Below are positions 13,928 through 26,884 of a stretch of 64,000 nt of DNA, piece after piece. Position 1 is the first letter of the stretch, and each line of letters starts with the position of its first letter. This stretch comes from the human T2T-CHM13v2.0 reference genome, Homo sapiens, in the NCBI RefSeq assembly GCF_009914755.1, contig NC_060937.1, one strand, 5' to 3'. The position numbers and the translations under genes are program-made. The notes below the pieces were generated by a model that was given only the letters and a program-made list of their open reading frames with translations, was not told where the DNA came from and ran no database searches.

Positions 13928-14803
13928 TGCTTTTCGTGTTCTTAATTGGTCTAACAGAGAGTACTTTATTCAGAATGATAATAGCATTTACTCAGTGGTG
14001 ATTGCTCAGGGGTGAATGAAATGTATGACAGCAGTGCCCTGGGGGGCAAGAAGGAACTGGGCATGCTGTTGCGAGGAATCTGCGCCACACACACAGTGCG
14101 GGTTATGTGAGAGTGGGCGTATATTGTGGCCTCTAGTGCAACCACTAAGTAATTTTTTTAAAAAATAAGTATAGTTGATATTCTAAGACAGGAGAGAAAA
14201 TAGTCACATCAAATGCTTAATTAAAACCCAAGATGGCAGGAAAAGAGTATAAGTCACAAAAGAAACAAAGACTATGAAGAAAGGAATAAAAGTCAGTTAC
14301 AAATATGGTAAATATTAATCCAGCTATATTAATAATCACTTTAAGTGTGAATTGTCTAAATAAACCAAATACAGAAACTGTCAGAATAGAAAAAACAAGA
14401 CCTAACCATATGTTGTGTGCAGGAAAGGCACTTTAAATATAAAAACACGGGTTTAAGAGATAGAGGAAGATGTACCATGCTGCTACTACTCAAAGGGACA
14501 CAAGATTAGCTATATTAATTTCAGACAAAGCAGACTTCAGAACAAGAGAAGTTACCAGGGATAAAGAGGGGCATTGCCAAACAACAAAGAGGTCAGTTCT
14601 CCAAGACAACATAACAATTCTCAAAGTCTCTGTAACAACAGAGGGTCAAAATATGTGAGGCAAAAACGGATAGAACTGGAAAGAGAAAGAAAATCCACTG
14701 TTATATTTGGACACTTCATGACCTCTGTCCACAGGCAGAAAATCAGTAAGGACACGGTTGAACTGAACAGCACCATCAGTCCCTTGGATCTAATGGACCT
14801 TTA

Positions 14804-15201
14804 TGTCTCACGCGTCCATGTGAAGAGAGTCCACCAATAGGCTTTGTGTGAGCAACAAGGCTGTTTATTCACTTGGATGCAAGTGGGCTGAGTCCGAGAA
14901 AGGAGTCAGCAAAGGGAGATGGAGGTGGGGCAGTTCTATAGGATTTGGGTATGTAGTGGAAAATTACAGTTAAAGGTGGTTATCCCTTGTGGGCAGGGGC
15001 GGGGGTCACAAGGTGCAGGGTGGGGAGGTCATGAGACTCATTGTCCAGGGGGGAATGTCACAAGGTTGATTGATTAGTTGGGGTGAGGCAGGAACAAATC
15101 ACAAAGGTGGAATGTCATCTTTTGTGGTTCTTCAGTTGCTCCAGGCCATCTGGGTGTATATGTGCAGGTCACAGGCTTAGCTTGGGCTCAGAGGCCTGAC
15201 A
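14804..15201 (-). mobile_element. Solo HERV-H LTR (LTR7 family, possibly LTR7C), 398 bp
   Basis: The reverse strand begins TGTCAGGCCTCTGAGCCCAAGCTAAG (LTR7 5' terminus) and ends ...CTCTCTTCACATGGACGCGTGAGACA. TG...CA termini; 5 bp TSD cttta/attta; AATAAA on the minus strand at 14864-14869. Confidence 0.9.
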
Positions 15202-16519
15202 ATTTATAAAATACTTCATTCAACAATAGCAGACCACACATTCTTCTCAAGTTCACATGGAACATTTGCCATGACAGATCACATTCTGGGCCATAAAATA
15301 CACCTTAGCACCTTTTCAAAGAATAGAAATCATACCAAGTACTCTTTCAGACCACAGTAGAATTAAACTAGAAATAAATAAATAACAAAGTTAACTGGAA
15401 AATCCCAAAATATTTGGAGATTAAACAAAACACTACTAAATAACACATGAACCAAAGAAGTCTCAAGAGGCATAAAAATATTTTAAGCTAAACAAAAAAT
15501 ATAACTTATCAAATCTTGTGGGATGCAGGAAAAGCAGTGCTTAGAGGGAAATTTATAGTATTGACTACATAGATTAGAAAAGAAGAAAGATCCAAAATCT
15601 ACAAGCTTCAACATTAGGAAACGTAACAAAAAATTAATAATCAACATTAGAACAGAAATTAATGAAATTGAAAACAGGAAATCAGAGAAAATTTTAAACA
15701 TCAAAAGCTGGTTCTTTGAAAAAAAAAATCAATAAAATCAATAAAACTTTAGCCAGGCTAAACAAGAGGAAAAGAAAAGAGACACAAATTCCAAACATCA
15801 GAAATAAAGGAGGGGCATCACTACTGGTAACATGGCTAATAAAAAGATTAAAAGGAATATCATGAACAGCCCTACACCCATAAACTTGGTAACTTAGATA
15901 ACATTGGCCAGTTTCTTGAAAAACGCTATCTACCAAAACTCAAACAAGGAGAAATATAATCTGGGTGGGCCTACATCAATTAAAAGAAATGGAATCCATA
16001 ATTAATACTCTTCCAAAACGGAAAGCACAAGACTCAGATGTTTTCACTGGTGAATTCTACCAAACATTTAAGGAAAAAAAAAAAAATCAATTCTCTACAA
16101 TCTCTTCCAGGTAATAGAAGCGGAAGGAACATTTTCTAATTCGTTCTATGAGGCCAGCATTACCCTAAAACCAAAACCAGAAAAAGATATTACCAGAAAG
16201 ACGATATCACACACCAGTATTTCTCATGAACATAGAAGCAACGATTCTCAATAAAATATTAGCAAGTCCAATTCAACAATGTATAAAAAGAATTATACAC
16301 CATGACCAAGTGGGTTTATCCTAGGTATGCAAGGCTGATCCAACATTTGAAAATCGACTAATATAACCCATATTTACAGGCTAAAAAAGAAAACTTACAT
16401 GATTATATCAATAGGTGCAGAAAAAGAATTTGACAAAATTCACTACCCACTCATGTACTGCAGCAAACTAAAAACAGAGGGGAATTTCCTGAGCTTCATA
16501 AAGAGCATCTCCGAAAAGC

Positions 16520-16828
16520 CCTACAGCTGACGTCATACTTAATGGTGAAAAACGAGATGGTTTCACCCTAAGATTGGAAAAAAGGCAAGAAATCCCTTAT
16601 CACTGTTCTTATTCAGCATTGTACTGGAAATCCTAGCTAATACAGTAAGAGTAGAAATGGGAATAAAAGGCCTACAGCTGACGTCATACTTAATGGTGAA
16701 AAACGAGATGATTTCACCCTAAGATTGGAAAAAAGGCAAGAAATCCCTTATCACTGTTCTTATGCAGCATTGTACTGGAAATCCTAGCTAATACAGTAAG
16801 AGTAGAAATGGGAATAAAAGTCCTACAG
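16520..16828. repeat. Recent 151 bp tandem duplication inside the L1
   Basis: cctacag recurs at 16520, 16671 and 16822; I see two internal mismatches between the copies. Confidence 0.95.
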
Positions 16829-17412
16829 ATTGGGAAGGAAGGAATAAGACTATCTTTGTTCACAAGTGATATGATTGTCCATGCAGAAAATCCCAAAGAA
16901 CCAACAATAACAAAAAAACTTCTGGATGTTAGAGGCGATTATAGCATGGTTGCAGGATGCAAAAATTAATCGCTATCCTATATGCCAGCAATGAACAGTT
17001 GGAATTTGAAATTGAAAACAACACTATTTACATTTAACCCCCCCACCCACCAAATTACATAGGTATAAATCTAACAAGATATGTACAAGGTCTAGGTAAG
17101 GAAAACGACAAAACTGTAACGAAATCAAAGACTTAAATTAATGGAGAGATGTTCCATGTTCATGGATGGGAAAACTCCATGTTTTTAAGATGTCAGTTCT
17201 TCCCACTTTGACCTGTCCTAATCAAATTCCCAGCAAGTTAATTTCTAGATATCACCAAACTGATTCTGCATTTATATGGAAAGGCAAAAGACCCAGAATA
17301 GCCTCGCAGTATTGAACCAAGTTGGAGAACTGACACTAGCCCACTTTAGGACTTACTGTAAAACTACGGTAATCAAGACAGTGTGGTGTTGCTGAAAGAA
17401 TAGAGAAATAGC

Positions 17413-17712
17413 GGCTGGGCGTGGCGGCTCACACCTGTCATCCCAGCACTTTGGGAGGCCGAGGCGGGCGGATCACGAGGTCAGGAGATTGAGACCAACC
17501 TGGCCAACACGATGAAACCCCATCTCTACTAAAAATACAAAAAAAATTAGCCGGGCGTGGTGGTGGGCGCCTGTAGTCCCAATTACTCAGGAGGCTGAGG
17601 CAGGAGAATGGCGCGAACCCAGGAGGCAGAGCTTGCGGTGAGCCGAGATCGCGCCACTGCACTCCAGCCTGGGCAACAGAGCGAGACTCCGTCTCACAAA
17701 AAAAAAAGAAAA
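17413..17712 (+). mobile_element. Alu (AluY/Sc-like) inserted in the L1
   Basis: CpG-rich; gaatggcgcgaaccc and gcagagcttgc are AluY-type positions; flanked by aaagaataga(g/c)aaatag. Confidence 0.93.
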
Positions 17713-19024
17713 GAATAGACAAATAGATCAATGAAACATCATAGAGAGCCTGGGAGTAGATCCACCCAGTAAATCCACCCAGATAGTCAACCCATTCACC
17801 CAGATAGTCAACCCATCTTTGACAAAGGAGCAAAGGCAATTCAGGGCAGACAGAAAAGCACTATTTCTTTTCAACAAATAGTGCTAGAAAAACTGGACAT
17901 GCAAAAAAAAAAAAAAAAAAAACCCAGCAACAGTGACTCTAGACAGTGATCACACACCGTTCAAGAAAATTAGCTCAAAGTGAGTCATAGACCTAAATGT
18001 AAAATGTATAATAATGAAACTTGTAGAAATGTAGGAGAAAGTCTAGGTGACCTTGGGTTTGGCAACAAGTTTTTGGATAACACCAAAAACACTGTTCATG
18101 AAAGGAAAATTGATAAGTTGGACTTCGTGAAGATTAAAAACTTGAGCTTTGCAAAATACAGTTAAGAGAATTAAAATATGAGCCACTGACTGGGAGAATA
18201 GATTTGCAAAACACACATCTGATAAAAACCTGGTATCAAACAACACATGGAAAATAAGGGTGTTTGGATGGGTAGGGCGGGATGACCTAGGGAGGACATG
18301 GAAAGTTAGTTTCTTTTTTAAAACTCCAGAGACTCTCTTCTGGAGCTCCCCTTGCCTTTTTTATTACAGTCAACCTGAGATGGGAACTGAAAATATGGCC
18401 GTAGTTGTCATGAACTGGGGGGAGCCACTACTCTGTTTTTACCCTCATTAAGGAACTTTATTGTGAAAGGTAAAATCACTTTGTAAATGTGAATTAGAAT
18501 AGAAAATGGAAATTCCTTATATACTCTCTAAGCCACTGGAAACTTGAGGCAGAGAAGTTTTAAAAGACGCACATGGATTTCCTCTGAAATATTTGTAAAC
18601 ACCAAATTCAGAACATGTTGGTTAGTTTAGGACCATACCAGGCTTTAGTTGTTACATTGAATTGTAAATAACTTATATTCATGAGCCTGGAATTAAAGAA
18701 ATTCTTGGTATGAGAATTTGACAACTACTTCTGGCTTCCAGGAGCCAGAACCCACCTTCGAATGGGATTTTGAAATAAGCCCCGTTGAAGAGACACACAG
18801 ATGGCAGAGGCCGCAGCACAGGCTGTGAGACCTTCTTCAGGTTTCGGTAGACTGTCTTCATTACGGCGTAAAAACATGTCAGATGAAATTTCAGAAACTA
18901 TTTCCAAACTCAGTGAAGGTTCGTGACATCTGGGACGTTGTTGTTTTCAACACAGAAGTTGAATGAAACTGCTACAGAAGCAAAATGAGAAGTGTGGAGA
19001 GGAGATGCTGTGGTGGCTGGGCAT

Positions 19025-19462
19025 TCTCCCTCCTTCCCCTCCCTCCCCTCCTTCTCTCATTCCCCTCCTTCCCTCCTTCACCTCCCTCTCCCCATCCCCT
19101 CTCTGCCCTCCTTCCCCTCCTTTTCCTCCTTTCTTCCCTTCCTTCCCTCATTCCCCTCATTCCCCTCCTTCCCTCCTTCACCTCCCTCCCCCCATCCCCT
19201 CTCTGCCCTCCTTCCCCTCCTTTTCCTCCTTTCTTCCCTTCCTTCCCTCATTCCCCTCATTCCCCTCCTTCCCTCCTTCACCTCCCTCCCTGCCATCCCC
19301 TCTCTGCCCTCCTTCCCTTCCTTTTCCTCCTTCCCTCCTTCACCTCCCTCCCCCCATCCCCTCTCTGCCCTCCTTCCCCTCCTTTTCCTCCTTCCCTCCT
19401 TCACCTCCCTCCCCCCCATCCCCTCTCTGCCCTCCTTCCCCTCCTTTTCCTGTCCTTCCCCC
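19025..19462. repeat. C/T-rich low-complexity tandem repeat (sub-periods about 100 and 61 bp)
   Basis: ccctccttcacctccct recurs at 19071, 19171, 19271, 19333 and 19394; almost pure pyrimidine on the + strand. Confidence 0.93.
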
Positions 19463-19924
19463 TGAGGCCTCAAAGCCCCTGTGCCTGAGCTGTGGACAAG
19501 AAACACGCCTGCCTCAGAAGCTGCCTGGAGCTGGGTGAAGGCTTCCATTCAGCTCGCTGTCATGCTCTCACTCAGAGGAGAGATCATGCAGAAATTACTG
19601 AAGTAAAATGCTAATGTGTTGAGTTAATGATCACAGGTTTACGTTTTATAAAAGACATCTTAATAATCAAACTATTGTTGAGCTACCTTGCGTTTTATCT
19701 TGAATTCTCTGGAGTTAGGTAATTTACATACGTGTTTCAGAGTACACACTTTGTTTAAGCTGTCTTAGCTGTCAACAAACACTCTAAATTATGAATTATG
19801 AGTTTTATATCTAAAGCTAAACATTTTGTACTGTAAAATCCAGTGCTACTTACTATGCCCTAGAGTAACACTACAAGAGTAAAATCTGATCTCAATGATG
19901 GATGTTTGTTTTTCTTTTATGCAG

Positions 19925-20014
19925 TACACATTTTGGAACTTTATACCCAAGAATTTATTTGAACAATTCAGAAGAGTAGCCAACTTTTATTTCCTTATCA
20001 TATTTCTGGTGCAG
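19925..20014 (+). CDS. ATP11A: ATP11A exon 3 (90 nt, phase 0-0): [30 protein letters not shown] (TM1)
   Basis: ttttatgcag|TAC...CAG|gtaagg; conserved [17 protein letters not shown] motif. Confidence 0.97.
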
Positions 20015-20378
20015 GTAAGGCCGGTCATTGTTTTCCATCTCATCACATATAAATCTAAATAAGTGACATTTTATTCTCAGGTAACTGCCACACGGCTAAT
20101 GAAAGAGCAAGGACATGGTGCCCCTCACCTATGATTAATTTATTTATTTTCTTAAGGAAGGGCAAAATGTCTTGGTTCTGTGAGATCCACACAAGCTAAA
20201 CTACACACGACGCTACTTTGGGTTTAAGTTGGTGACAGCCTTTCCTGCCCCTTTCCTTCTAGTACCAGAGGGGAAATCAGAGCTTTGTCATCTTTTGGAC
20301 AAGTTCACTGCCAAGCTATGCATCGTTACACTTAATTTACTCTTCCTAAGTGTGTGTGGATGCTCTAAAGAAAATCCA

Positions 20379-20756
<378 letters not shown>

Positions 20757-21179
20757 TTAGGGAGCAATGTGCCAAATGTGTTTTAAGAACAGCACTCTAA
20801 TTTTTCTAAATCATACAAAATGCTACTGAAGGACTTTAAAAATTTTTCCAACGTTAAATTATTCAAATCATGTAATTAAAATGTGACACTGAGGCCGTGG
20901 GGTGAATTAATACAAGGCGTGCCGCGACTTCAGACTGGGTCTGCCACTCTCGGTGGTTTCCTTGAGCATGTTCCTTAATTTAAAAAAGGTGCCCTCATTT
21001 TAACAGTCAGTGAAATAGGACGATTGACTTGCTATCTCCCGTGGTGGGCAGTCAGGTGCCAGCAAAGGTCTTTAAATAAGTCAAAGCGAATGGGAAGTGC
21101 TGGCTCAGGGCAAACTAACCTGCCTGAAGTCACTCATTTGTGTTTTTGAAGATGATTTTACAATTCTCTCTTTCTGCAG

Positions 21180-21260
21180 TTGATTATTGATACACCCACA
21201 AGTCCAGTGACAAGCGGACTTCCACTCTTCTTTGTCATTACTGTGACGGCTATCAAACAG
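21180..21260 (+). CDS. ATP11A: ATP11A exon 4 (81 nt, phase 0-0): [27 protein letters not shown] (TM2)
   Basis: tttctgcag|TTG...CAG|gtaagc. Confidence 0.97.
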
Positions 21261-21719
21261 GTAAGCATTTTACAGACGAAAAAGAAGCAATCGTCATCTT
21301 CACCATGTGAATTGCCTTTCATTCAAAGCGAGGTGATTGGTTTGTTGTAGCTAGTTCACAGAAAATTCAACCAAGTTCTAGAAATTCATTTTTATAACTG
21401 CGTTAGATTGATACTTGAAGCGAAATAAGAGATGTTATATAATTTAGTTGCTAGTCTGGCACCATGCGAGTTCGAGAAGAAATCTGTGGTTTTCACATCC
21501 CAAATCACCCAGAGATGATCTGATCAGATGAGTCACTTAACCTTTCTGTATCCTTGACTGTCTTGACCACCACAGAACATGCTGTTTATGGACTCCAGCA
21601 AATGGGATGCTGTTTTTTGTTTGTTTGTTTTTGGTTTTGCTTTTTTTTTTCATAGCTCCAGTAAATAAGGCCAGTGACTAACATGGAGAAGAATACATCT
21701 CAGTTTTACTCTCTACGTA

Positions 21720-22070
21720 TCCATTTTATCACCCCCAGATTCCCTGTACACGTGTTCAGTCCCTCCCCATTTTCTCCTCCCCGTCCCTGGCAAAGACTCA
21801 TGTTTCTGTCACCGTAGAGTCGCCTATTCTAAACATTTCGTACTCACGGCTCATAGGCGGTGTTTTGTGACTGGCTCTTTCACTCAGCATGATGTTTTCA
21901 AGGTTTCTCTGCATCTGAGCAGGCGTCAGCGCTTCATTCCGTCTGATGAATGAGTCACGGTCCCCTGCACATACCTGGCATTTTGTGTATCACGCGTCCT
22001 CTGTGGATGGACATTTGGGGTGTTTCCACTCTTTGGCTGTTCTGAATAATGCTGCTGAGAACATTTGTGT
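21720..22070 (-). mobile_element. Old L1 3' end fragment (L1MC/ME-like)
   Basis: ttttgtgactggctctttcactcagcatgatgttttcaaggtt...gatggacatttggggtgtttccac. Confidence 0.75.
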
Positions 22071-24469
22071 TTCACACCCACCAGATTGGCTTTCAGATGT
22101 GAAAGGCTGGAGAGGGCATGGCGAGGGAGGCACCACGGGCCGCCGGCAGGAGCGTGGCGGAGCCACCAAGCACAGCAGTTGGCAACATCTGACACAGGCA
22201 GAGATGGGGACACACAGGGTCCAGTGCAGATGATAAACATGCAGCTGTGCAGTCAGTACATGGGGCCTGTGTGTCTTCACTAGGCCAGAGCCGGCCGTGC
22301 CTACCGGGATACGTGAACTAGGATATTCATGGTGGCTGTCATTGATTAGCAAAGGACTCGGGCAACCTGGTGTCCCTCCGTAAGGAAATGGACAGCTCCG
22401 CCGCGGTGCATGGCAGAACACAGCACAGTAACGAAACGAACTGTGCTGCCTGGAGAACAGAACATGAGGGAGACTCACGCTTCCCAAGGACGCGCTGCCT
22501 GTGACTCAGGCAGTTTAACTCCTACCTGGGATAAGGCCTCACTTCATGTCGGTGGCAGGCTCTTGCAAACTTCAACTTTAAGCAAAACGATGGGTTTTCT
22601 CATCAACTTCACAAGGAAATGGTGCTGAAGGAAACGATGTTACTCGGGGACCTGCCATGTGTCCTCGGGCCCAAAGTCACAGTTTCCAGGAACCCATCGT
22701 GGAGATTAGGTGAGGGCGTCCCGTGCTATCTGTGATACATCTGTGTGGTAGGAGCAGAGGCTGCAGACAGGAAGGAGACCCCTGAGCCTCTCAAGGGGAG
22801 CAGAGAGAAGGGGCGCGGGGGTGCAGAACAAGGGGCTGAGGCTCTATGGCTCTGTTCTTTCCAGCCTGGCCCCAGGAGGCAGGCGTAGCACTGTTCTTCA
22901 GCGTCCTCTTCTCTGCATTTGTTAAGGATTCCATCCCTCCCGGGACTCTACTGAGCAGGAAACTCCTGAGATCTCCAGGAGTGTCCTGGAGGAGAGGAGA
23001 GGAGAGCGTGGAGTAGGGAGGGCGGCTCTGAAGACGCATCTGGGCCAGAGAGGCAGCGGCCGGGGAGCCCGAGCCCCCATGGATGCAGAGGCTGCCTCTC
23101 TACACTGTGCAGACCACGGCCCCAGACAACATGTGGTGTCCTCGGCCCGGCTGTGCCCCATCCCTGGCTGTGTCCCCTCCCATCGGCCTGGCTATGTCCC
23201 CTCCCTGGCTGTGTCCCCTCCCATCCCAGGGCAGTGGGCGGGCGTTTTGGGGATGTTAAGAGGGGGTCAGGGCAAGGCGGCAAATGAACAGAGCTGCAGG
23301 TCTGGGCCCCATCACCAGCACCCCTGCCTCTGCCCAGAGGAGTCTCTTCCTCTCCCGCACGTCCTGCTACCCAGCTTTCACTCTGGGGATGGCCTTGCTT
23401 CCCCTACTGCTGGTCTGGACCTGTGTGTGCCAGAGCCCCCCCACCCCCTCGACCTTCCCCCACTACTGACCTCCTTGTCCCTCTTCCTTGGGAACAGCGC
23501 CTCTGTCCGCAGCTGGGACTTTCCCAAATGGCCTCCCCACACTGTGGCTCCAGCAGGGCTGTTTGTGCTGGGGTCCCCATGCTCCCGGCCCCTCCTCGCT
23601 TGCCTTGGAAAGCCCCCTGCACTCACAGAGGCCTCCCTGATTTTCTCTTAGGTCCCCGCCTCTCTTTTCACACCATCTCCCCGCTGTCTCCGCTGGGCAC
23701 TGACGGGCATCTCACTGTACCTGGCTCTGCCGCCGCCATCGCCCAGGTCCTGCCAGAGCGGCCTTTCCCTGTGGCACCCAGCCTCCCCTGCTATGTGCAG
23801 GGCCCCTCCGATCAGCCCATCACATGCATGGGCCTCCACGTGTCCTTCCCGTCCCAGCCAGGCTGGCTGGTGGGCAGTGCCAGCCCCTGGGGACTCCCTC
23901 ACCGCTGGGCATTCCTGGGCACCTCCTCTTTGGCGTCTTCCCGCAGCCCGGGCGCTAGGCTTTTCGGGGATCCTGGGTGTCTCTCACCTGCATTGAACTT
24001 GCAGTTATTTCTGTTTCTTCTCCACCAATCCTGAGAGCAGCAGCTCTGGGGACAAGGTCTTTCGTCTGTGGGCCCCTGGTGCCTGGCACTTGCTGAGCAT
24101 GCAGTTGGTGCTAAATAAGTGTGTTTAATGAACCCAGGAATCATCTACCCACTGCCACCTTCCAGGAAGACTGTTCTTCAGTTTCCCCAGAAAGAGAGTA
24201 TTTCAGCGATTTGGGAGGAATCTCTGAAAAGCAATCAGATGCCACAGTGTCACTTATTAATGGTCACAGCTGGAGAAAGCTCGCACGTTTGGATATCCAT
24301 GCGTCCCAGGCTTCTTAATTCTCCAGAAGCTGGAGGTTTTGGGTTACTTGTTTATGCTCCCTTCGGAGGAGACTCCAGTCACAGGGCCACTGATGCCGCC
24401 ACGTGGCCCACAGGGAGGAGGTCCCCAGTGAGCCTCCTGCCCCACAGGCTCTTGCAACCTACCTGCAGC

Positions 24470-24580
24470 GGGCCCGTGGCACAGGCTTCCTGCCGCCATC
24501 CTGTGTGGTTGTGTGTCTCAGCACACATGCAGTGGGCCCGTGGCACAGGCTTCCTGCTGCCATCCTGCGTGGTTGTGTGT
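24470..24580. repeat. Two-copy direct repeat, period about 64 bp
   Basis: gggcccgtggcacaggcttcctg...gccatcctg...gtggttgtgtgt at about 24470 and 24534. Confidence 0.85.
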
Positions 24581-25585
24581 TGTGTGTGGCAGAGCTGTGT
24601 TTCCAATTTCGACACTCATTAGATGCGGTGGACGTGGACGCCCATAGGCCCCTGGTGTGCAGTCTCTCACATGCTGGGGATTGTTACTGAGAACGGCATT
24701 CCCCATCCTTACCTAAGGCACCTGCACCCAGCAACGCCAAACACAAAGGCACGTTTGTCATCCCAGGAATCATCTGTGTGCAGCATCTCCTATTGTCGCT
24801 TCTTTCAAGATGCCACCTGACTGTCCAACCAGAGGGTGTGCCTTCGTAGTTGGAATCGGAGTGCACGTGTCTGCGCCAGTGGAAGGCATCCAGGTCCGTC
24901 AGCGCGGCCGGGGTCAGGGTTAGCTCAGGCTGCTTTTCCAGCCCCCTGCCTGTGCGTGCACGGGAGTCACGATGGGATGTTTCCCGCGTGGGTTACTCAG
25001 ATGCGGAAACGCACAGAGAGCCTTAAGGCTGCTGCGGGTGTCACAGAGTGAGCCGGCGTTTCACCGAGAGTCTGGGCTGCCAGATCTCATAACAATCAGT
25101 TTTTAATGAAAGAGAAGAATGGCCAGTGGGGGCTTTTCCAAGTGGAAGGTTGACACTCAGCGGGTGGAAATGTAACTGGCTCCACGTCTTCGGGGCTTTT
25201 CGGTGTGGATGTGAAGAGCCTGGAAGGCTTGCTCATCATTTCATTCAGACACTTCTTTTTTAGGAATTTATCCTAAGTCCATGTCATGAATAGGCACAAA
25301 AAGTACAGTTGTATAGTACTTATACACACTTCGATGAGCATCTTTCTCCAACGTCTTCGAAGTTCTACAACTGCAGACATTTAAAGCAGCTCGCGTTGCC
25401 ATGGAACATGCCGATGCTCTGTCAAGGATAGTGTGTGTAGTGCATCCTCATGCTGAAAAATACACCCCCACAGGCTTGGATTATGCTTAGACATAATTAA
25501 ACACAAGCCTTCTGTCTCTCCCTCCCTTTCTCCTCCTTCCCTCTCTCCCTGCTTCCTCTCTCCCTTCTTTCCTTCCTTTTTTTAG

Positions 25586-25693
25586 GGTTATGAAGACTGG
25601 CTTCGACATAAAGCAGACAATGCCATGAACCAGTGTCCTGTTCATTTCATTCAGCACGGCAAGCTCGTTCGGAAACAAAGTCGAAAGCTGCGA
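25586..25693 (+). CDS. ATP11A: ATP11A exon 5 (108 nt, phase 0-0): GYEDWLRHKADNAMNQCPVHFIQHGKLVRKQSRKLR
   Basis: Long pyrimidine tract ...tttag|GGT...CGA|gtaagt. Confidence 0.97.
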
Positions 25694-25757
25694 GTAAGTG
25701 ACACCCGACACATTTACGCTGGTGAAGTCCAGTAACTGTTTAAAAAATAAGTTTTAC

Positions 25758-25918
25758 CCAGTTGCAGTGGCTCGCGCCTCCAGTCCCAGCTACTCAGGAG
25801 GCTGAGGCAGGAGGATCGCTGAGCCTGGAAGTCGGAGGCCACTCAGGAGGCTTCACCGTGCCTGTGAATAGCCACTGCTCTCCAGCCTGGGCAACCGAGA
25901 AAGACCCTGTCTCTTAAA
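25758..25918 (+). mobile_element. Alu monomer (FAM/FRAM-like)
   Basis: gtggctcgcgcc...cccagctactcaggaggctgaggcaggaggatcgc...agaccctgtctc. Confidence 0.78.
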
Positions 25919-26127
25919 CATTTTTAAAATACAAATAATAAATGTTTTTAAGTTTTTATTTTCTTTGGCAAAACAGACTGAGATGTTTTTTATTGGGTGT
26001 AGGCCCAAGCTCCCTACTTCTTTTTTTTTTTTTTACCTTTAATTTTTATTTGTTTATGTTTAATAGACTTTTTAGAGCAGTTTTAGGTTCACAGCAGCAT
26101 TAGGTGGATGTACCCACTGCCCCTTCC

Positions 26128-26128
<1 letters not shown>

Positions 26129-26186
<58 letters not shown>

Positions 26187-26405
26187 CCTCCCTCTGCCAG
26201 CATCCCACACCAGGATTGGTGGAATATAAAATCATTATCACTGCCCCCATCCCCACACACACCCTCCCTCTGCCGGCATCCCATGCCAGGATTGGTGGAA
26301 TTTAAAATTATTATCACCACCCCCATCCCCACACACAGCCTCCCCATCACCAGCATCCCACGCCAGGATTGGTGGAATTTCATCCCACACCAGGATTGGT
26401 GGAAT
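26129..26405. repeat. (AC) microsatellite of about 28 units followed by four copies of catccca(c/t)(a/g)ccaggattggtggaat
   Basis: Read directly from the sequence. Confidence 0.92.
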
Positions 26406-26583
26406 TTAAAATTATGGGAACACACGAACCAATCAAGACAGAGAAAGATTGGAAACACTGTTTCTAAAATTTGTTTTAGAATAAAGTATAATAAAATCAT
26501 ATCAATATAAACTCGACTAGGTGGAAATTTATGAAAATTGGAACAGAAAACTTCATTGAAGATTGCATTTTTTTAAAAAAAAT

Positions 26584-26884
26584 GTATTTATTTATTTTTT
26601 AAGAGACAGAGTCTTGCTCTGTCACCCAGGCTGGAGTGCAATAGCATAACCTCAGCTCACTGCAACCTCCGCCCCCGGGTTCAAGTGATTCTCCTGTCTC
26701 AGCCTCCCCAGTAGCTGGGATTACAGGCGCCTGCCACCACACCCAGCTAATTTTTGCATTTTTAGTAGAGATGGGGTCTTAACAAAATGTTGGCCAGACT
26801 GGTCTCGATCTCCTGACCTTGTGATCCGCCTGCCTTGGCCTCCCAAAGTGCTGGAATTACAGGCATAAGCCACCGCATCCGGCC
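26584..26884 (-). mobile_element. Alu (AluS-like), antisense
   Basis: gagacagagtcttgctctgtcacccaggctgg...ccaccgcatccggcc. Confidence 0.94.

Noticed and set aside
18963-19548. Pro/Ser-rich and Gly/Glu/Arg-rich ORFs
   Set aside because: Translations of the C/T low-complexity repeat.
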